DNA from: a virus
Length of the DNA stretch: 64,000 nucleotides
Virus record (IMG/VR): IMGVR_UViG_3300027804_000045
Span: 64,001 to 128,000 of that record
Direction: 5' to 3' (one strand)
Part shown: piece by piece, positions 9,218-19,138 of the stretch
Layout of the letters: the number at the start of each line of letters is the position of its first letter
How positions within the stretch are numbered: position 1 is the stretch's first letter
Notes under the pieces: generated by a model
Seen by the model: the letters and a program-made list of their open reading frames with translations, nothing else
Databases searched by the model: none
What the model was told of the DNA's origin: nothing
Position numbers and translations under genes: made by a program

Positions 9218-9604
9218 TCAATAACTCAATTTCACAAAGCTTACAACGCCGCCGGCAAAATCAACGATCTTGGCGCGTAGATAGACGAAATTACCTTCTA
9301 CATTAGTATAGATGCTTGCATTGCTGCTATCGTATGGTTCAGTACCTGAGCCGGCGTTAGCATTTGCTACCAACTCATATACTTTAAACCATTCAGCATT
9401 TGAACTATTACTATTTAAACTTGCCTCGATAACAATATTACCGGTGCAATTTGCTAATTTGATGTTAACTGTTTGTAAATCCTGATTACCTAGGTAATAT
9501 GCGGCAGCAGGTTGAGCATTACCAGTCACAGTATAGACGTTTGCTGTACCGCCACCATTATAGGTAGTTTGCGGTAATAATTCTAGTATAGTAACCTGAC
9601 TCAT
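9218..9604 (-). CDS. Hypothetical beta-rich protein, probably virion
   Basis: ORF; C-terminal GNFVYLRA similar to GFHPFVRM in 60416..61216. Confidence 0.6.
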   Translation of the reverse strand: MSQVTILELLPQTTYNGGGTANVYTVTGNAQPAAAYYLGNQDLQTVNIKLANCTGNIVIEASLNSNSSNAEWFKVYELVANANAGSGTEPYDSSNASIYTNVEGNFVYLRAKIVDFAGGVVSFVKLSY

Positions 9605-9771
9605 TAGGCTTTCATCGCCTCAACGACGATGCCCTCACCCGCAAGTTCTTGAGCGACTTGTTCTAGGGCCGCTAATGTTTCTTGATTTGCTATAGTTGCG
9701 CTTTCTTTTTCGTTGTCTTTTACGATTTTACTGAACTTGATGACAACGACATCCTCTACAATTTTAGCCAT
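9604..9771 (-). CDS. Small hypothetical protein, 55 aa (MAKIVEDVVVIKFSKIVKD...)
   Basis: Not in ORF track; GGAG RBS, late promoter, TAATG overlap with the next gene. Confidence 0.8.
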   Translation of the reverse strand: MAKIVEDVVVIKFSKIVKDNEKESATIANQETLAALEQVAQELAGEGIVVEAMKA

Positions 9772-9793
9772 AAATACTCCATAATTACTAGAG

Positions 9794-9801
9794 TATTTAT
9801 C
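9794..9801 (-). promoter_or_regulatory. Late promoter GATAAATA within an RBS-masking inverted repeat
   Basis: ATAAATACTC 9770-9779 / GAGTATTTAT 9791-9800. Confidence 0.7.
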
Positions 9802-9805
9802 TGTT

Positions 9806-10495
9806 TTACGGGCGTTTAGCTAAACTATATGTTTTACCGATCATGTTTGGGAAAAGCATATGTAAAATAGTTACCATGCTTTCATCGTTGTAATCTATAT
9901 AATAACTGCTGTGCAAATATATAAATCTTGTGTAATTTTTCCTACGATTATGGGCTAAAGATTGCAATCCGCGACTTACATTTGCTTTGGGATATCTACT
10001 ACAAAACTCAATCACATTAGTAAAAAAATCGTCAGGACAACGTTTTCCCTTAAAAAAAGTCCTAAATTTGTACTTAGGTTCTTTGCTAAAATAGATAGTA
10101 TCCGATGCCAACACTTTAGCCTCAAAAAATCTAACATTGGTATCAATACATTGTAGGGTTTGTAAAAGGTCTAAACTATTACTGAAAAAACTTACTGTAT
10201 CACCCTGTATACGTAACATGCATTTTTCTTTATCGACTGTATTACGCCAAACAAGAAATTGACTGATTTGGTTTACATTGACTTCTTCCCAATATTCTGT
10301 CCAGTCATTATCTAAAACTCTTACTCCATACTTGTTATTTCTTGCATCGCGCAATTTTTCCATACGTGCTATAAAAGTTTCTAAATCAGGTGTATAATAA
10401 GTATAGGCAGCCCCTTGTATAAAGCAAGTAGCTTTATATTGAAATTTATTGAAGTAAAGTCTATTTTTAATCTCTATAGCAGGAATCGTAGTCAT
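9806..10495 (-). CDS. Hypothetical protein (internally duplicated Y/F..K.KY/FK domain)
   Basis: RLYFNKFQYKA vs TIYFSKEPKYKFR. Confidence 0.7.
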   Translation of the reverse strand: MTTIPAIEIKNRLYFNKFQYKATCFIQGAAYTYYTPDLETFIARMEKLRDARNNKYGVRVLDNDWTEYWEEVNVNQISQFLVWRNTVDKEKCMLRIQGDTVSFFSNSLDLLQTLQCIDTNVRFFEAKVLASDTIYFSKEPKYKFRTFFKGKRCPDDFFTNVIEFCSRYPKANVSRGLQSLAHNRRKNYTRFIYLHSSYYIDYNDESMVTILHMLFPNMIGKTYSLAKRP

Positions 10496-10503
10496 TTTAT
10501 TTG

Positions 10504-12765
10504 TCAGCCTTCTACTTGTATGATTCCGTCGTCGCCCACTTTGGCTGTAACTTTATTTGAAACCACAAACTCAATCTTATTATCAACAAGATTTGCCATG
10601 ATATTTGCATTTTTGATTTGTTCAAACAATACCTTTTTACTCAATGGTACGCGAATCAATTCATCAATCTTACGTGCTAGAGGACGTGCGCCCATCTTGT
10701 TATCATAACCTTTCTCAGCAAGATATTCAACAACAGGCTCAGCTAAGTTTAGCGTGATGTTATGTTTTTCAAGCAAGAGTTTCTTGACATCTTCTGTAAA
10801 CTTGACAACAATCTTCTTAATCGAAAGCATGTCCAACTTCTTGAACTTGCAAATTTTATCAAGACGATTTCTGAATTCAGGCTTGAAGAAATCCTTCAAT
10901 GCCTTATCATCTTCACCGGTCTTAGCCAACTCACCGAAACCGATATTATTACGTTCACCATCAGCACTACCAAGATTGCTAGTGAGAATAATGATTGAAT
11001 TCTTACAAGACACTTCCTTACCATTGCTACCGGTCACTCGACCTTCATCAAGTATCTGCAAGAAGATGTTGAAGATATCTGGATGTGCCTTTTCGACTTC
11101 ATCGAACAACATCACGCTATGTGGGTTCTTACTCAAATCACTGATCAAGCGACCACCTTGCACTTGGCTGTCGCCGAAACCAACATAACCGGGAGGGGGA
11201 CCGATCAATGAACTTACAGAGTGCTTCTCGCTATATTCACTCATGTCATACTTGAGCAAAGGCATTTCAAGATTTTTACTCAATAACTTTGCTAGTTCGG
11301 TCTTGCCAGTACCCGTTGGACCAAGGAACAAAAAGCTCGCAATGGGTTTTGTTTCATTGTTGATTCCGGCGAAACTGACATAAACTCTATCTAGTACTTC
11401 GCTGACTGCCTCATCTTGTCCATACAATTTATCTTTGACGTTACTTTCAAGATTATTAATCTTGTCGAAATTGTCGCCGTTAAGCTTATCAGCAGGCACT
11501 CCAGTATATTTTTCAACCTGTTCGTAAATTAATTCCTTTGTGATTTCAGCATTTTTGTTTTCTAATACACGTTGCTTGGCACAGGCTGCATCAAGCAGGT
11601 CGATGCTCTTGTCAGGATTTTTACGATCATGTATATAGCGGTCAGCATTTTCTACCGAGGCTTTAATGGCTTCATCAGTAATTTTTACGCTATGGAAATC
11701 ATTGAGTCTATCTCGCAAACCATTAAGGATGCGAATCGTTGTGTCGTGGCTTGGTTCATCAACCGCTACTCTAAAGAATCGTCGCATCAATGCGCGATCC
11801 TTTTCGAAACTCTCATAGAATTCTTCCCAAGTAGTTGAAGCAATTACCTTGAGCGTACCCTTAGTGATTGCGGGTTTTATCATATTTGCAAAATCTATGC
11901 TACCATTGTTGCTGCTACCAGCACCGCTCATAGTATGTGCTTCGTCTATGAAAAGAATTGCCTTCTTCTTTGTGTTGAGTGCTTCGATAACCTGCTTTAC
12001 CTTTTCTTCAAAGTCACCGCGATATCTACTACCCGCTAAGAGGCTTCCAATCTCAAGGCTATATAATGCATGATCCTGTAAAAATTCTGGAACTTCTTCA
12101 TTAACGATGGCTCTTGCTATACCTTCAGCGATAGCAGTCTTACCAACGCCGGGATCACCTACCATCAATACGTTGCTCTTGAAACGCTTGGCAAGCACAT
12201 TGATGATGTCATCAATCTCTTTATGACGACCGATAACAGGTTCTAACTTATCCTGTCTAGCAAGGTCTGTAAGATTAGTAGTAAACTGTTCAAGAATTTC
12301 TTCTGCTTGTGTATCAGTTAAATTACTGAATTCGCCGCCCTTATAATGACGCTGCCAATAAGCCAAAAATTCTTGTTTATTCACACCATACTTTAACAAG
12401 AAATAATGTGCATGTGTATTACCTTCGCTGATAATACTTAAGTAGAGATCGACCGTAGTCACTTGTCTACGACCAGTAAATAATACCTGTGTGACACTAC
12501 GATTCATCACACGTTCAAGGGCGTTAGTTTTTCTAGGAGTCTCATTATCAGAGCGTTCAATACTTGTTAAACTCTGTAGGTAGGCACGAATCTCGTCAAT
12601 CATCAAATCTGTCTCACATCCAAAACCATTCAAGCATTTCTTGAATGGGGCAAATGTGATAAGACCAAGCAATAAATGCTCAATGGTCACATACTCATGC
12701 TTAAATTCCTTAGCATAAGAAATAGATTGTTCGATGATGTTTTCGATTTCGGGTGAATTATTCAT
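10504..12765 (-). CDS. clpA: ClpA-like AAA+ chaperone/unfoldase
   Basis: Clp N domain (HEYVTIEHLLL), two Walker A motifs (GDPGVGKT, GPTGTGKT), DMSEY, PPGYVG, GARPL; no long coiled-coil middle domain. Confidence 0.92.
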   Translation of the reverse strand: MNNSPEIENIIEQSISYAKEFKHEYVTIEHLLLGLITFAPFKKCLNGFGCETDLMIDEIRAYLQSLTSIERSDNETPRKTNALERVMNRSVTQVLFTGRRQVTTVDLYLSIISEGNTHAHYFLLKYGVNKQEFLAYWQRHYKGGEFSNLTDTQAEEILEQFTTNLTDLARQDKLEPVIGRHKEIDDIINVLAKRFKSNVLMVGDPGVGKTAIAEGIARAIVNEEVPEFLQDHALYSLEIGSLLAGSRYRGDFEEKVKQVIEALNTKKKAILFIDEAHTMSGAGSSNNGSIDFANMIKPAITKGTLKVIASTTWEEFYESFEKDRALMRRFFRVAVDEPSHDTTIRILNGLRDRLNDFHSVKITDEAIKASVENADRYIHDRKNPDKSIDLLDAACAKQRVLENKNAEITKELIYEQVEKYTGVPADKLNGDNFDKINNLESNVKDKLYGQDEAVSEVLDRVYVSFAGINNETKPIASFLFLGPTGTGKTELAKLLSKNLEMPLLKYDMSEYSEKHSVSSLIGPPPGYVGFGDSQVQGGRLISDLSKNPHSVMLFDEVEKAHPDIFNIFLQILDEGRVTGSNGKEVSCKNSIIILTSNLGSADGERNNIGFGELAKTGEDDKALKDFFKPEFRNRLDKICKFKKLDMLSIKKIVVKFTEDVKKLLLEKHNITLNLAEPVVEYLAEKGYDNKMGARPLARKIDELIRVPLSKKVLFEQIKNANIMANLVDNKIEFVVSNKVTAKVGDDGIIQVEG

Positions 12766-12782
12766 AAGCCTCTTTAAAATAT

Positions 12783-13565
12783 TTATTGTATGCGATTTCG
12801 CAATATAGTATCAACAATTTCACTATTAATGTTATCAGGAATAAAGGGTTTTAGCAAGATATATTGGTCTCCAAACATATTACTATTAGGTATCGGCATG
12901 CCTTGTCCTGCTAATTTTACTTGCATGTAAGGTTGAGTTTTTGGTTTAATTGTTACAGCTAATTTTTTACCCGATATTGTCGTAAATTCTAAGTTAGTAC
13001 CTACGATCAAATCGAATACGTCTATACTGTGATTACAAAATAAATCCTGGCCCCTTCGCTCAAATCTTAAATCGGGCATGACATTAAATTCAATCATAAG
13101 GGACGCACTATCTAATACATTGTCATAACGCAATTGATCTCCCGAATTTACGCCTTTAGGGACTTTGATATCAATTATCTTTTTTTCACTATTAGTATTC
13201 AATTCTAGAATTTTATTTGTCCCGTTATATGCTTCTAGTAATGAGACAATCACTTGTGTACGGTATACTTGTCTTTGCGGGCGTTGTCCAAAATTTTGAT
13301 TAAACATCTGCCCAAATATATCATTGATATCTAACCCATTGACATTCATCCTGAATCCACCAGGAAAGCCTTGAGGCTGAGGGTTATCATACATTGATCT
13401 TTTTTGTGGGTCGCTCAATGTATCGTATGCAGTTTGGATTTCTTGGAATTTATTGGTATCGCCGCCCTTGTCAGGGTGATGCTGACTGGCTAATTTGCGG
13501 TAGGCTTTCTTTATCTCATCAGATGTAGCGTTTTTTGCAACACCCAACGTTGCGTAATGGTCCAT
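12783..13565 (-). CDS. dnaJ: DnaJ/CbpA-class co-chaperone
   Basis: J domain with HPD and a C-terminal domain; no Zn finger. Confidence 0.9.
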   Translation of the reverse strand: MDHYATLGVAKNATSDEIKKAYRKLASQHHPDKGGDTNKFQEIQTAYDTLSDPQKRSMYDNPQPQGFPGGFRMNVNGLDINDIFGQMFNQNFGQRPQRQVYRTQVIVSLLEAYNGTNKILELNTNSEKKIIDIKVPKGVNSGDQLRYDNVLDSASLMIEFNVMPDLRFERRGQDLFCNHSIDVFDLIVGTNLEFTTISGKKLAVTIKPKTQPYMQVKLAGQGMPIPNSNMFGDQYILLKPFIPDNINSEIVDTILRNRIQ

Positions 13566-13570
13566 GCTTT

Positions 13571-13599
13571 ATTATAACAGAATTACTTCTTAGGTGCAA
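13571..13599 (-). promoter_or_regulatory. Sigma70-type promoter (TTGCAC-17-TATAAT, extended -10 TG), leaderless dnaJ
   Basis: -10 ends 5 nt before ATG 13565. Confidence 0.65.
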
Positions 13600-13819
13600 A
13601 TTTTTCCAAACCAGTAAAGCCCAAACCTGCAACTACGATCCACATCATTGCATCAAATAAATTTGCACTAACATTATAATTGGAAAAAAGATCAACAAAA
13701 AATGCTACTACGCAACAAATGAATGCTAAAAATGCTACGACTCTTTTACTTGATAGACATTCAGCATCATGGCTATCGGCTAGCATACCTTTCAAATTTT
13801 TAACAATAGTTTCAAGCAT
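13583..13819 (-). CDS. Small two-TM membrane protein (holin-like)
   Basis: SSKR followed by two hydrophobic helices and a basic tail. Confidence 0.55.
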   Translation of the reverse strand: MLETIVKNLKGMLADSHDAECLSSKRVVAFLAFICCVVAFFVDLFSNYNVSANLFDAMMWIVVAGLGFTGLEKFAPKK

Positions 13820-13820
13820 T

Positions 13821-14363
13821 TTATAAACCTGCATTAGTTATAAATTTTCTTATTTCATCATCAATTTCGTGTACTTTTTTGTTATGTAATCCTGCGATCT
13901 GTCTCATTTCATTTAATTCTTCTTCACTACCTTTTTCTATTTTATATTGGCTAGGATTAGTAATAATCACTTGCTTTAAAATATCTAAATTAGCGTCATG
14001 CGTGTGATCGTCTACTTTAACTTCCCAATCTTTCAAATCTAAATCTGTTAATGTTTCTAAATCTTTTAGAATTTCTATGATTTTATTTGGTACATTTGAT
14101 CTGCGCTTCATCTCAACAAATACTAACCACTTGCCCGGTTCTAGTTCGCCTTCACTAACGCTAGCATCTAAAATGAAATCATAACCTAATTCTAACCAAC
14201 TTACTAAATCGTCAGCAGCTAAATGGCTTGATACAATAAAACTTAGTGTGACGACATCACTATCATCACCCATTCTTGCAGCGTACTCGTCTACTGATAT
14301 TAAAGGATCTATCATATTTTTCATATCATGATAATCCAATCCTTCATTTAATTGCTGATTCAT
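13821..14363 (-). CDS. Conserved phage hypothetical protein
   Basis: Start at MNQQLNEG after AAAGG; acidic 180 aa ORF. Confidence 0.7.
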   Translation of the reverse strand: MNQQLNEGLDYHDMKNMIDPLISVDEYAARMGDDSDVVTLSFIVSSHLAADDLVSWLELGYDFILDASVSEGELEPGKWLVFVEMKRRSNVPNKIIEILKDLETLTDLDLKDWEVKVDDHTHDANLDILKQVIITNPSQYKIEKGSEEELNEMRQIAGLHNKKVHEIDDEIRKFITNAGL

Positions 14364-14373
14364 TTTTATACCT

Positions 14374-14961
14374 TTATTGGACTGGCGCACCCATTGGTTG
14401 TGCGGGTTGCTGATCAAGTTGTTGATTGTCGTCTTTTTCAGTACCTTCTTTATCTAGGTCTTCGTCATAAGCATCATCTAATTCTTCTAAATCTACAGTG
14501 GAACCTGCTAGGTCCACAGAACCTTCTTTGATATCATCCATTACTTCTAATGGAATGGTGATTTGCACCAACCAAACCTTACGTTTTGCGCTTTTAGGAT
14601 AATTTGTACCCTGGATGAAATCGTCAGGATTCGTCACTTTCACAGGTACTTCAATTTCTGTTTTGTCCCATTTTACATCACAACCCATTTTAAGCAAACG
14701 TTTTACTGCTCTAGGGTCAGGCATTAATTTGTATGGCCACATGAAAACACATGAAACATTATAACGTCCGGTGTCGGGGCCTTGAACTAATTCGCCATTA
14801 ATCCAATTTTTAAATGCGTATAGATCACACTGATCTAATACCCTCTCAAAATCAAGTAAAACAGACATAGTGCCGTCACTAGTCATGACACCCTTGATAG
14901 TGTCTACTATACTAACGAAATCTATTCCGTCAAACCATTTATCCGCAATTTTAGTGGTCAT
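14374..14961 (-). CDS. Conserved phage hypothetical protein
   Basis: ORF with GATAAATA 4 nt upstream. Confidence 0.75.
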   Translation of the reverse strand: MTTKIADKWFDGIDFVSIVDTIKGVMTSDGTMSVLLDFERVLDQCDLYAFKNWINGELVQGPDTGRYNVSCVFMWPYKLMPDPRAVKRLLKMGCDVKWDKTEIEVPVKVTNPDDFIQGTNYPKSAKRKVWLVQITIPLEVMDDIKEGSVDLAGSTVDLEELDDAYDEDLDKEGTEKDDNQQLDQQPAQPMGAPVQ

Positions 14962-15123
14962 AGAGTATTTATCAGAAAACAGGGATATTATAAAGGAAGA
15001 TATTGGACAACAGTGTTATATTTATGCATTAAATCTTGCCAAATACTATGTCATTATTGCGAAGGTTAACTCTTTAAATATTTAAGAGATGACAATTTAT
15101 CTCATTCACAAAGGAGACATCAC

Positions 15124-15891
15124 TTGAGCAAAAGAAAGACGGGCGCTTTAAGAAAAGAACAACAAAATCATCAAATGAAAAATTATCAGAAAAACCCCAT
15201 CTACGTTACAGAAACGATAGACTTTAATCAAGAAAATTATAAACGACAACGAAAACCAATAGAACTGCTACCGCAGTCAGTCAATCAGGAAAAATACATC
15301 CTATCACTCATCGACAGAGACTTAGACATCGTAGTTGTATCCGGTCCAGCTGGCACCGGTAAGACTTACTTAGCGATGCTAGCCGCGATCAAGTCCCTAA
15401 GAAACGGAGACTGCGATAAGATCATATTGACTAGACCTGCGGTAGCGGTCGATGATGAGAAGCATGGATTTTTACCTGGTGATCTGAACAGCAAGATGGA
15501 GCCTTGGGTACGTCCATTGTTAGATGTATTGAAAGAATACTATAGCATGAAAGAATTAGTCCACATGTTAAATGAACAAATCATTGAGATAACTCCGCTA
15601 GCATTCTGCCGCGGTAGAAACTTTAAGAACAGTTGGATAATACTTGACGAGGCACAAAATGCTACGCCAAGTCAAATTAAAATGCTACTGACACGTATTG
15701 CTCAAGGTAGCAAAATCGTTGTGACGGGTGACATCGAACAAACCGACAGACGAACCGCTGACAATGGTCTATTAGATTTAACTAGTAGATTACAAGAGAA
15801 TCCTGTATACGGTATCGGTGTATGTGAATTTGAGACAAGAGATATAAGACGACATAGAATGATCGAACACGTTCTAGACTTATATCGTTAA
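15124..15891 (+). CDS. phoH: PhoH-family ATPase
   Basis: GPAGTGKT, GFLPG, RGR, LDEAQN, GD..Q; AAGGAG RBS, TTG start. Confidence 0.93.
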   Translation: MSKRKTGALRKEQQNHQMKNYQKNPIYVTETIDFNQENYKRQRKPIELLPQSVNQEKYILSLIDRDLDIVVVSGPAGTGKTYLAMLAAIKSLRNGDCDKIILTRPAVAVDDEKHGFLPGDLNSKMEPWVRPLLDVLKEYYSMKELVHMLNEQIIEITPLAFCRGRNFKNSWIILDEAQNATPSQIKMLLTRIAQGSKIVVTGDIEQTDRRTADNGLLDLTSRLQENPVYGIGVCEFETRDIRRHRMIEHVLDLYR

Positions 15892-15892
15892 T

Positions 15893-15923
15893 AAAAAACG
15901 GGGAATTTATTTCCCCGTTTCTT
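15893..15923. terminator. Bidirectional intrinsic terminator between convergent genes
   Basis: AAACGGGGAA-TTTAT-TTCCCCGTTT. Confidence 0.8.
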
Positions 15924-16185
15924 TACGCTTCGCTAATTCAGGTCCTTCTTTTTCAAGTTGATTGACCATTTGCGGATAGATTTTTTTATAATAGTCGTTT
16001 AATTCATCAAAAGACTTGTTTAACTTATTTCCTTCTACTACACATTTTTCAATCTTGCGTAGTCCATAATCCATTATAATATTGCTCATGGATACATCAC
16101 TGTTACGTACACGTTTAACAAAACGTGCTTGTTCATCAATCTGACCGCCCGGTTTTCTATAAAAAGTTATAAGTAAATATCTCAT
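15907..16185 (-). CDS. Hypothetical protein
   Basis: ORF downstream of the clamp loader. Confidence 0.7.
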   Translation of the reverse strand: MRYLLITFYRKPGGQIDEQARFVKRVRNSDVSMSNIIMDYGLRKIEKCVVEGNKLNKSFDELNDYYKKIYPQMVNQLEKEGPELAKRKETGK

Positions 16186-16193
16186 AGGTTTAT

Positions 16194-17117
16194 TTATGAC
16201 GTAAGTTCAATCATAGTTGCTGCGATAGCAATCTCAGGAATACCCACTAATGTTAGATTTGCTAGACCATTTCGTATAGTAATGATAGCATTATCTTTAC
16301 TTTGATTATCCTTACCCCATAAATCTAGATTATCATACATCCAAGTGTATATATCCTCAGCCCTTGTAGGGTATGTTTTGATATATTCTTGTAGTGTTTG
16401 TCTGCCATCAACAATATTACCAGATTTAAAATATTCTGTTGCTTTTACCAATAAAGCATCTTCGCTAAACGTAGCGTTATCCGGAGCAAGTAGTGTTCCT
16501 GTTTGACTGTTAACTTGTAATTGATTTAAGCACTTACGCAAGTCTGGATAAGTAGCACGTACATAAGTATCAAGTACATCTAGATCGAACACTACGTTTT
16601 CACTTACGAGTACTGTGGCGGCTCTTGCTGTGAATTCTGTGATATCAGTATTAGCGATATGCATCTCATGACAGCGACTCTTTAGTGCAGGAATGATCTT
16701 GTACCCATAGTTACAAGTCAGGATATAGCGTACTGTCATGTGATACGCTTCCATATCATTTCTCAAGGCGGCTTGCGCCGGAGGTGTTAAGTAGTCCGCT
16801 TCGTCTAACAGCACTACCTTGAACTTGCCGAACGGCATAGTCTGCACGAAACTGTTTATTTGGTCACGTATTACGTCAATGCCTCTTGTGCGTGATGCGT
16901 TGACTTCGAATACGTCGAAATCTTCAATACCTAATTCTTGAATCAAGACCCTTGCTAACGTTGTCTTGCCTGTGCCGGGATCTCCGCTCAATAACAAATG
17001 AGGGAAACTCTCGTCCTTGATCCAGTTTGTTACCATATCTTTTTGCTTTTGATCAACAAAAACATATTCGGCAACAGTTTTAGGTCTGTATGCTTCTACC
17101 CAGAGATTATTTTTCAT
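16194..17117 (-). CDS. Clamp loader AAA+ subunit (T4 gp44/RFC-like)
   Basis: WVEAYRP, GDPGTGKTT, NAS, LDEAD, SRC. Confidence 0.93.
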   Translation of the reverse strand: MKNNLWVEAYRPKTVAEYVFVDQKQKDMVTNWIKDESFPHLLLSGDPGTGKTTLARVLIQELGIEDFDVFEVNASRTRGIDVIRDQINSFVQTMPFGKFKVVLLDEADYLTPPAQAALRNDMEAYHMTVRYILTCNYGYKIIPALKSRCHEMHIANTDITEFTARAATVLVSENVVFDLDVLDTYVRATYPDLRKCLNQLQVNSQTGTLLAPDNATFSEDALLVKATEYFKSGNIVDGRQTLQEYIKTYPTRAEDIYTWMYDNLDLWGKDNQSKDNAIITIRNGLANLTLVGIPEIAIAATMIELTS

Positions 17118-17123
17118 GCGAAC

Positions 17124-17152
17124 AGTTTATTATAACGATTGAACAATGTCAA
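17124..17152 (-). promoter_or_regulatory. Sigma70-type promoter TTGACA-17-TAAACT, leaderless clamp loader
   Basis: -10 ends 6 nt before ATG 17117. Confidence 0.65.
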
Positions 17153-17156
17153 CAGT

Positions 17157-17513
17157 TTAGATTTCCTTATCACTAATCGTAGCATCGTTAACGGGCTCAT
17201 CGCTTACGAGTAGAATGTCTTTTGGGTCAACCTTGCGAATGGTCTGTTCTCCATTCTCATCTTCAATTTTGACTCCGCGCGTCCAACGGCCATGACTTAC
17301 GCAAATATATTGTCCAACACTCACACCCTTTGCTTCGGGTCCTACAGCATATACCTTACCCCAACGAGGTCTGATACCTGCGCTCTTAGTGTCATCATTG
17401 CGTAGAATAATACCACCCGCGCTGATTCGTTCACTAAATTCCATTTCAGATACAATGATTGTATCTCCTAATGCTTTAAGTTTCCCTACTTTGTATGGAT
17501 TAATATTTGCCAT
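17157..17513 (-). CDS. groES: GroES-like co-chaperonin
   Basis: AL.D.I.V, S.GGIIL, G.V.AVGP, V.VG, DIL. Confidence 0.8.
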   Translation of the reverse strand: MANINPYKVGKLKALGDTIIVSEMEFSERISAGGIILRNDDTKSAGIRPRWGKVYAVGPEAKGVSVGQYICVSHGRWTRGVKIEDENGEQTIRKVDPKDILLVSDEPVNDATISDKEI

Positions 17514-17516
17514 AAA

Positions 17517-17834
17517 TTACTTTTTATTCTCCTTAGCCTTTATTTGTTCGATTTCTTTGTTTAACTCATCGAATTCTTCTAACTCAATTTCTTCTTTGGA
17601 CAAGTTAGTTTTAGGTAATTTGGACTTTTTCGCTTGCGCGTTTCTATTCCCGACTGTCGCTTCATATGCAGCGCCCACTTTTTGCGTGACTGGGACTATA
17701 ACTTTGCCCTGGCTATCAATCGTATCGCCTCTAGCATTAACTTTCATGTTGCCAACAGCCCTTACTTTTTCATTTTTTGCTATCAATGCATTCATGTCAA
17801 TTACTTTGCCTTGCGCTGATCTATATTGTGCCAT
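17517..17834 (-). CDS. Conserved phage hypothetical protein
   Basis: AVGNMKVNARGD motif; ORF. Confidence 0.7.
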   Translation of the reverse strand: MAQYRSAQGKVIDMNALIAKNEKVRAVGNMKVNARGDTIDSQGKVIVPVTQKVGAAYEATVGNRNAQAKKSKLPKTNLSKEEIELEEFDELNKEIEQIKAKENKK

Positions 17835-17844
17835 AAATTTTGCC

Positions 17845-18351
17845 TCACTTTAAAAATTCGTCAATCGACAAATCATAATACAAACTATTTATTTTATGAA
17901 TACCTATAAGATACAAAACAAAACTACTTACACTACTACCTCTACCCACTCCCCAAACTATCTTGTTCTGTCGCATAGTGTCGACCAAATATGTAAGATA
18001 TTTTAGAAGTTCAAACATGTTACGTTCTTGAAATAACAGTAGTTCTTCACCTGCTCTCTGTAACTCGGCTTCACTGTTGCATTTATCTAGCACGAATTGT
18101 GCAACGTCTAAATTTTTATAGAACTCAGGCATATACCAATTGTTTTGGTTAATCTTATCAAACTCTTCAACAGAAAGATTGATATCAAAACTTTTCTTAA
18201 GTATTGGAATATTTTCAAGTTCCAATATAGAAGGAATAGAAATATCGCTATCTGTTATTATAGTTTTGAAATGTCGTGTAGGATCGTTTAGATAAAGATT
18301 GCAAATGTCATCTTCACTTAAGATGATTTGCCCATATTTGTCTGTGTGCAT
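17845..18351 (-). CDS. dnaE: Family-C DNA polymerase (DnaE-like) N-terminal palm fragment
   Basis: R..EEL...Y...VD......WGVGRGSSVSSFVLYLIGI..I......L...EFL matches the DnaE GPGRGS region. Confidence 0.85.
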   Translation of the reverse strand: MHTDKYGQIILSEDDICNLYLNDPTRHFKTIITDSDISIPSILELENIPILKKSFDINLSVEEFDKINQNNWYMPEFYKNLDVAQFVLDKCNSEAELQRAGEELLLFQERNMFELLKYLTYLVDTMRQNKIVWGVGRGSSVSSFVLYLIGIHKINSLYYDLSIDEFLK

Positions 18352-18365
18352 TCAAATATTTTAAA

Positions 18366-18902
18366 TTATTTCTGCTTCCAAGTCAATTCTAGTTCTGCCC
18401 AATTATTTTTATCAAAAAGGGTCACGATTTTTTCTTTTTTATTTTTATCTGCTAATGCTAGAGTGTTTTTATTATACCAAGAATCTTCCGGGTATTCAAG
18501 TTTAGCGATCTCGCCTTGTATGTTAAATTTTATCAAATTACTCAATTTACTTCCAAAAGTAATATCAGTGATTACTATCCTACCTTCCATGATAGCATTA
18601 CATTTGTTTACAAGTAACATCCCTATTATCTGATCGTAAGGTTCTTCTGGTACTATGCAAACTTTTATACCAGCGTTTGTGTAATTTTGTATAGCTTCTT
18701 TTTCAGTGTTTTGTACAAATATGACATCTTCGATTTGGCCTGTAAGAAAGTAATTCATACGTTCAATGGCGATGTTTTGTTCGCGCACATCTTCAGTACA
18801 AACTTCCATTTTTGCATTCATCTCATATAGATTTACCATATACTTTGATTCAAAGTGAATGGCAGTCATAAATGTAAAATCTTTTTCTATTTGTATGTTC
18901 AT
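18366..18902 (-). CDS. Conserved phage hypothetical protein
   Basis: ORF. Confidence 0.7.
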   Translation of the reverse strand: MNIQIEKDFTFMTAIHFESKYMVNLYEMNAKMEVCTEDVREQNIAIERMNYFLTGQIEDVIFVQNTEKEAIQNYTNAGIKVCIVPEEPYDQIIGMLLVNKCNAIMEGRIVITDITFGSKLSNLIKFNIQGEIAKLEYPEDSWYNKNTLALADKNKKEKIVTLFDKNNWAELELTWKQK

Positions 18903-19135
18903 TTGGATTTCTTGTCGATAACAACTTGAGTAGTGATGTTTTGCTTTTTAATTAAATCATCCATCTTTTTAGTATAAGCATTACGGTAACTTTCTAAAGC
19001 CATTTGTATTTGGTTTATAAGTTGCCTGTGATTCGCTCTATACGCAAAGTTTAGTTTAGCCGACAAATTACTTATGTCAGTTTGTAGTTCTTCTAAACTT
19101 TTATTGGATAAATCGTTTACGAAAGGATGTTCCAT
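18899..19135 (-). CDS. Small helical hypothetical protein
   Basis: ORF, ATGA overlap. Confidence 0.65.
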   Translation of the reverse strand: MEHPFVNDLSNKSLEELQTDISNLSAKLNFAYRANHRQLINQIQMALESYRNAYTKKMDDLIKKQNITTQVVIDKKSK

Positions 19136-19138
19136 AAA

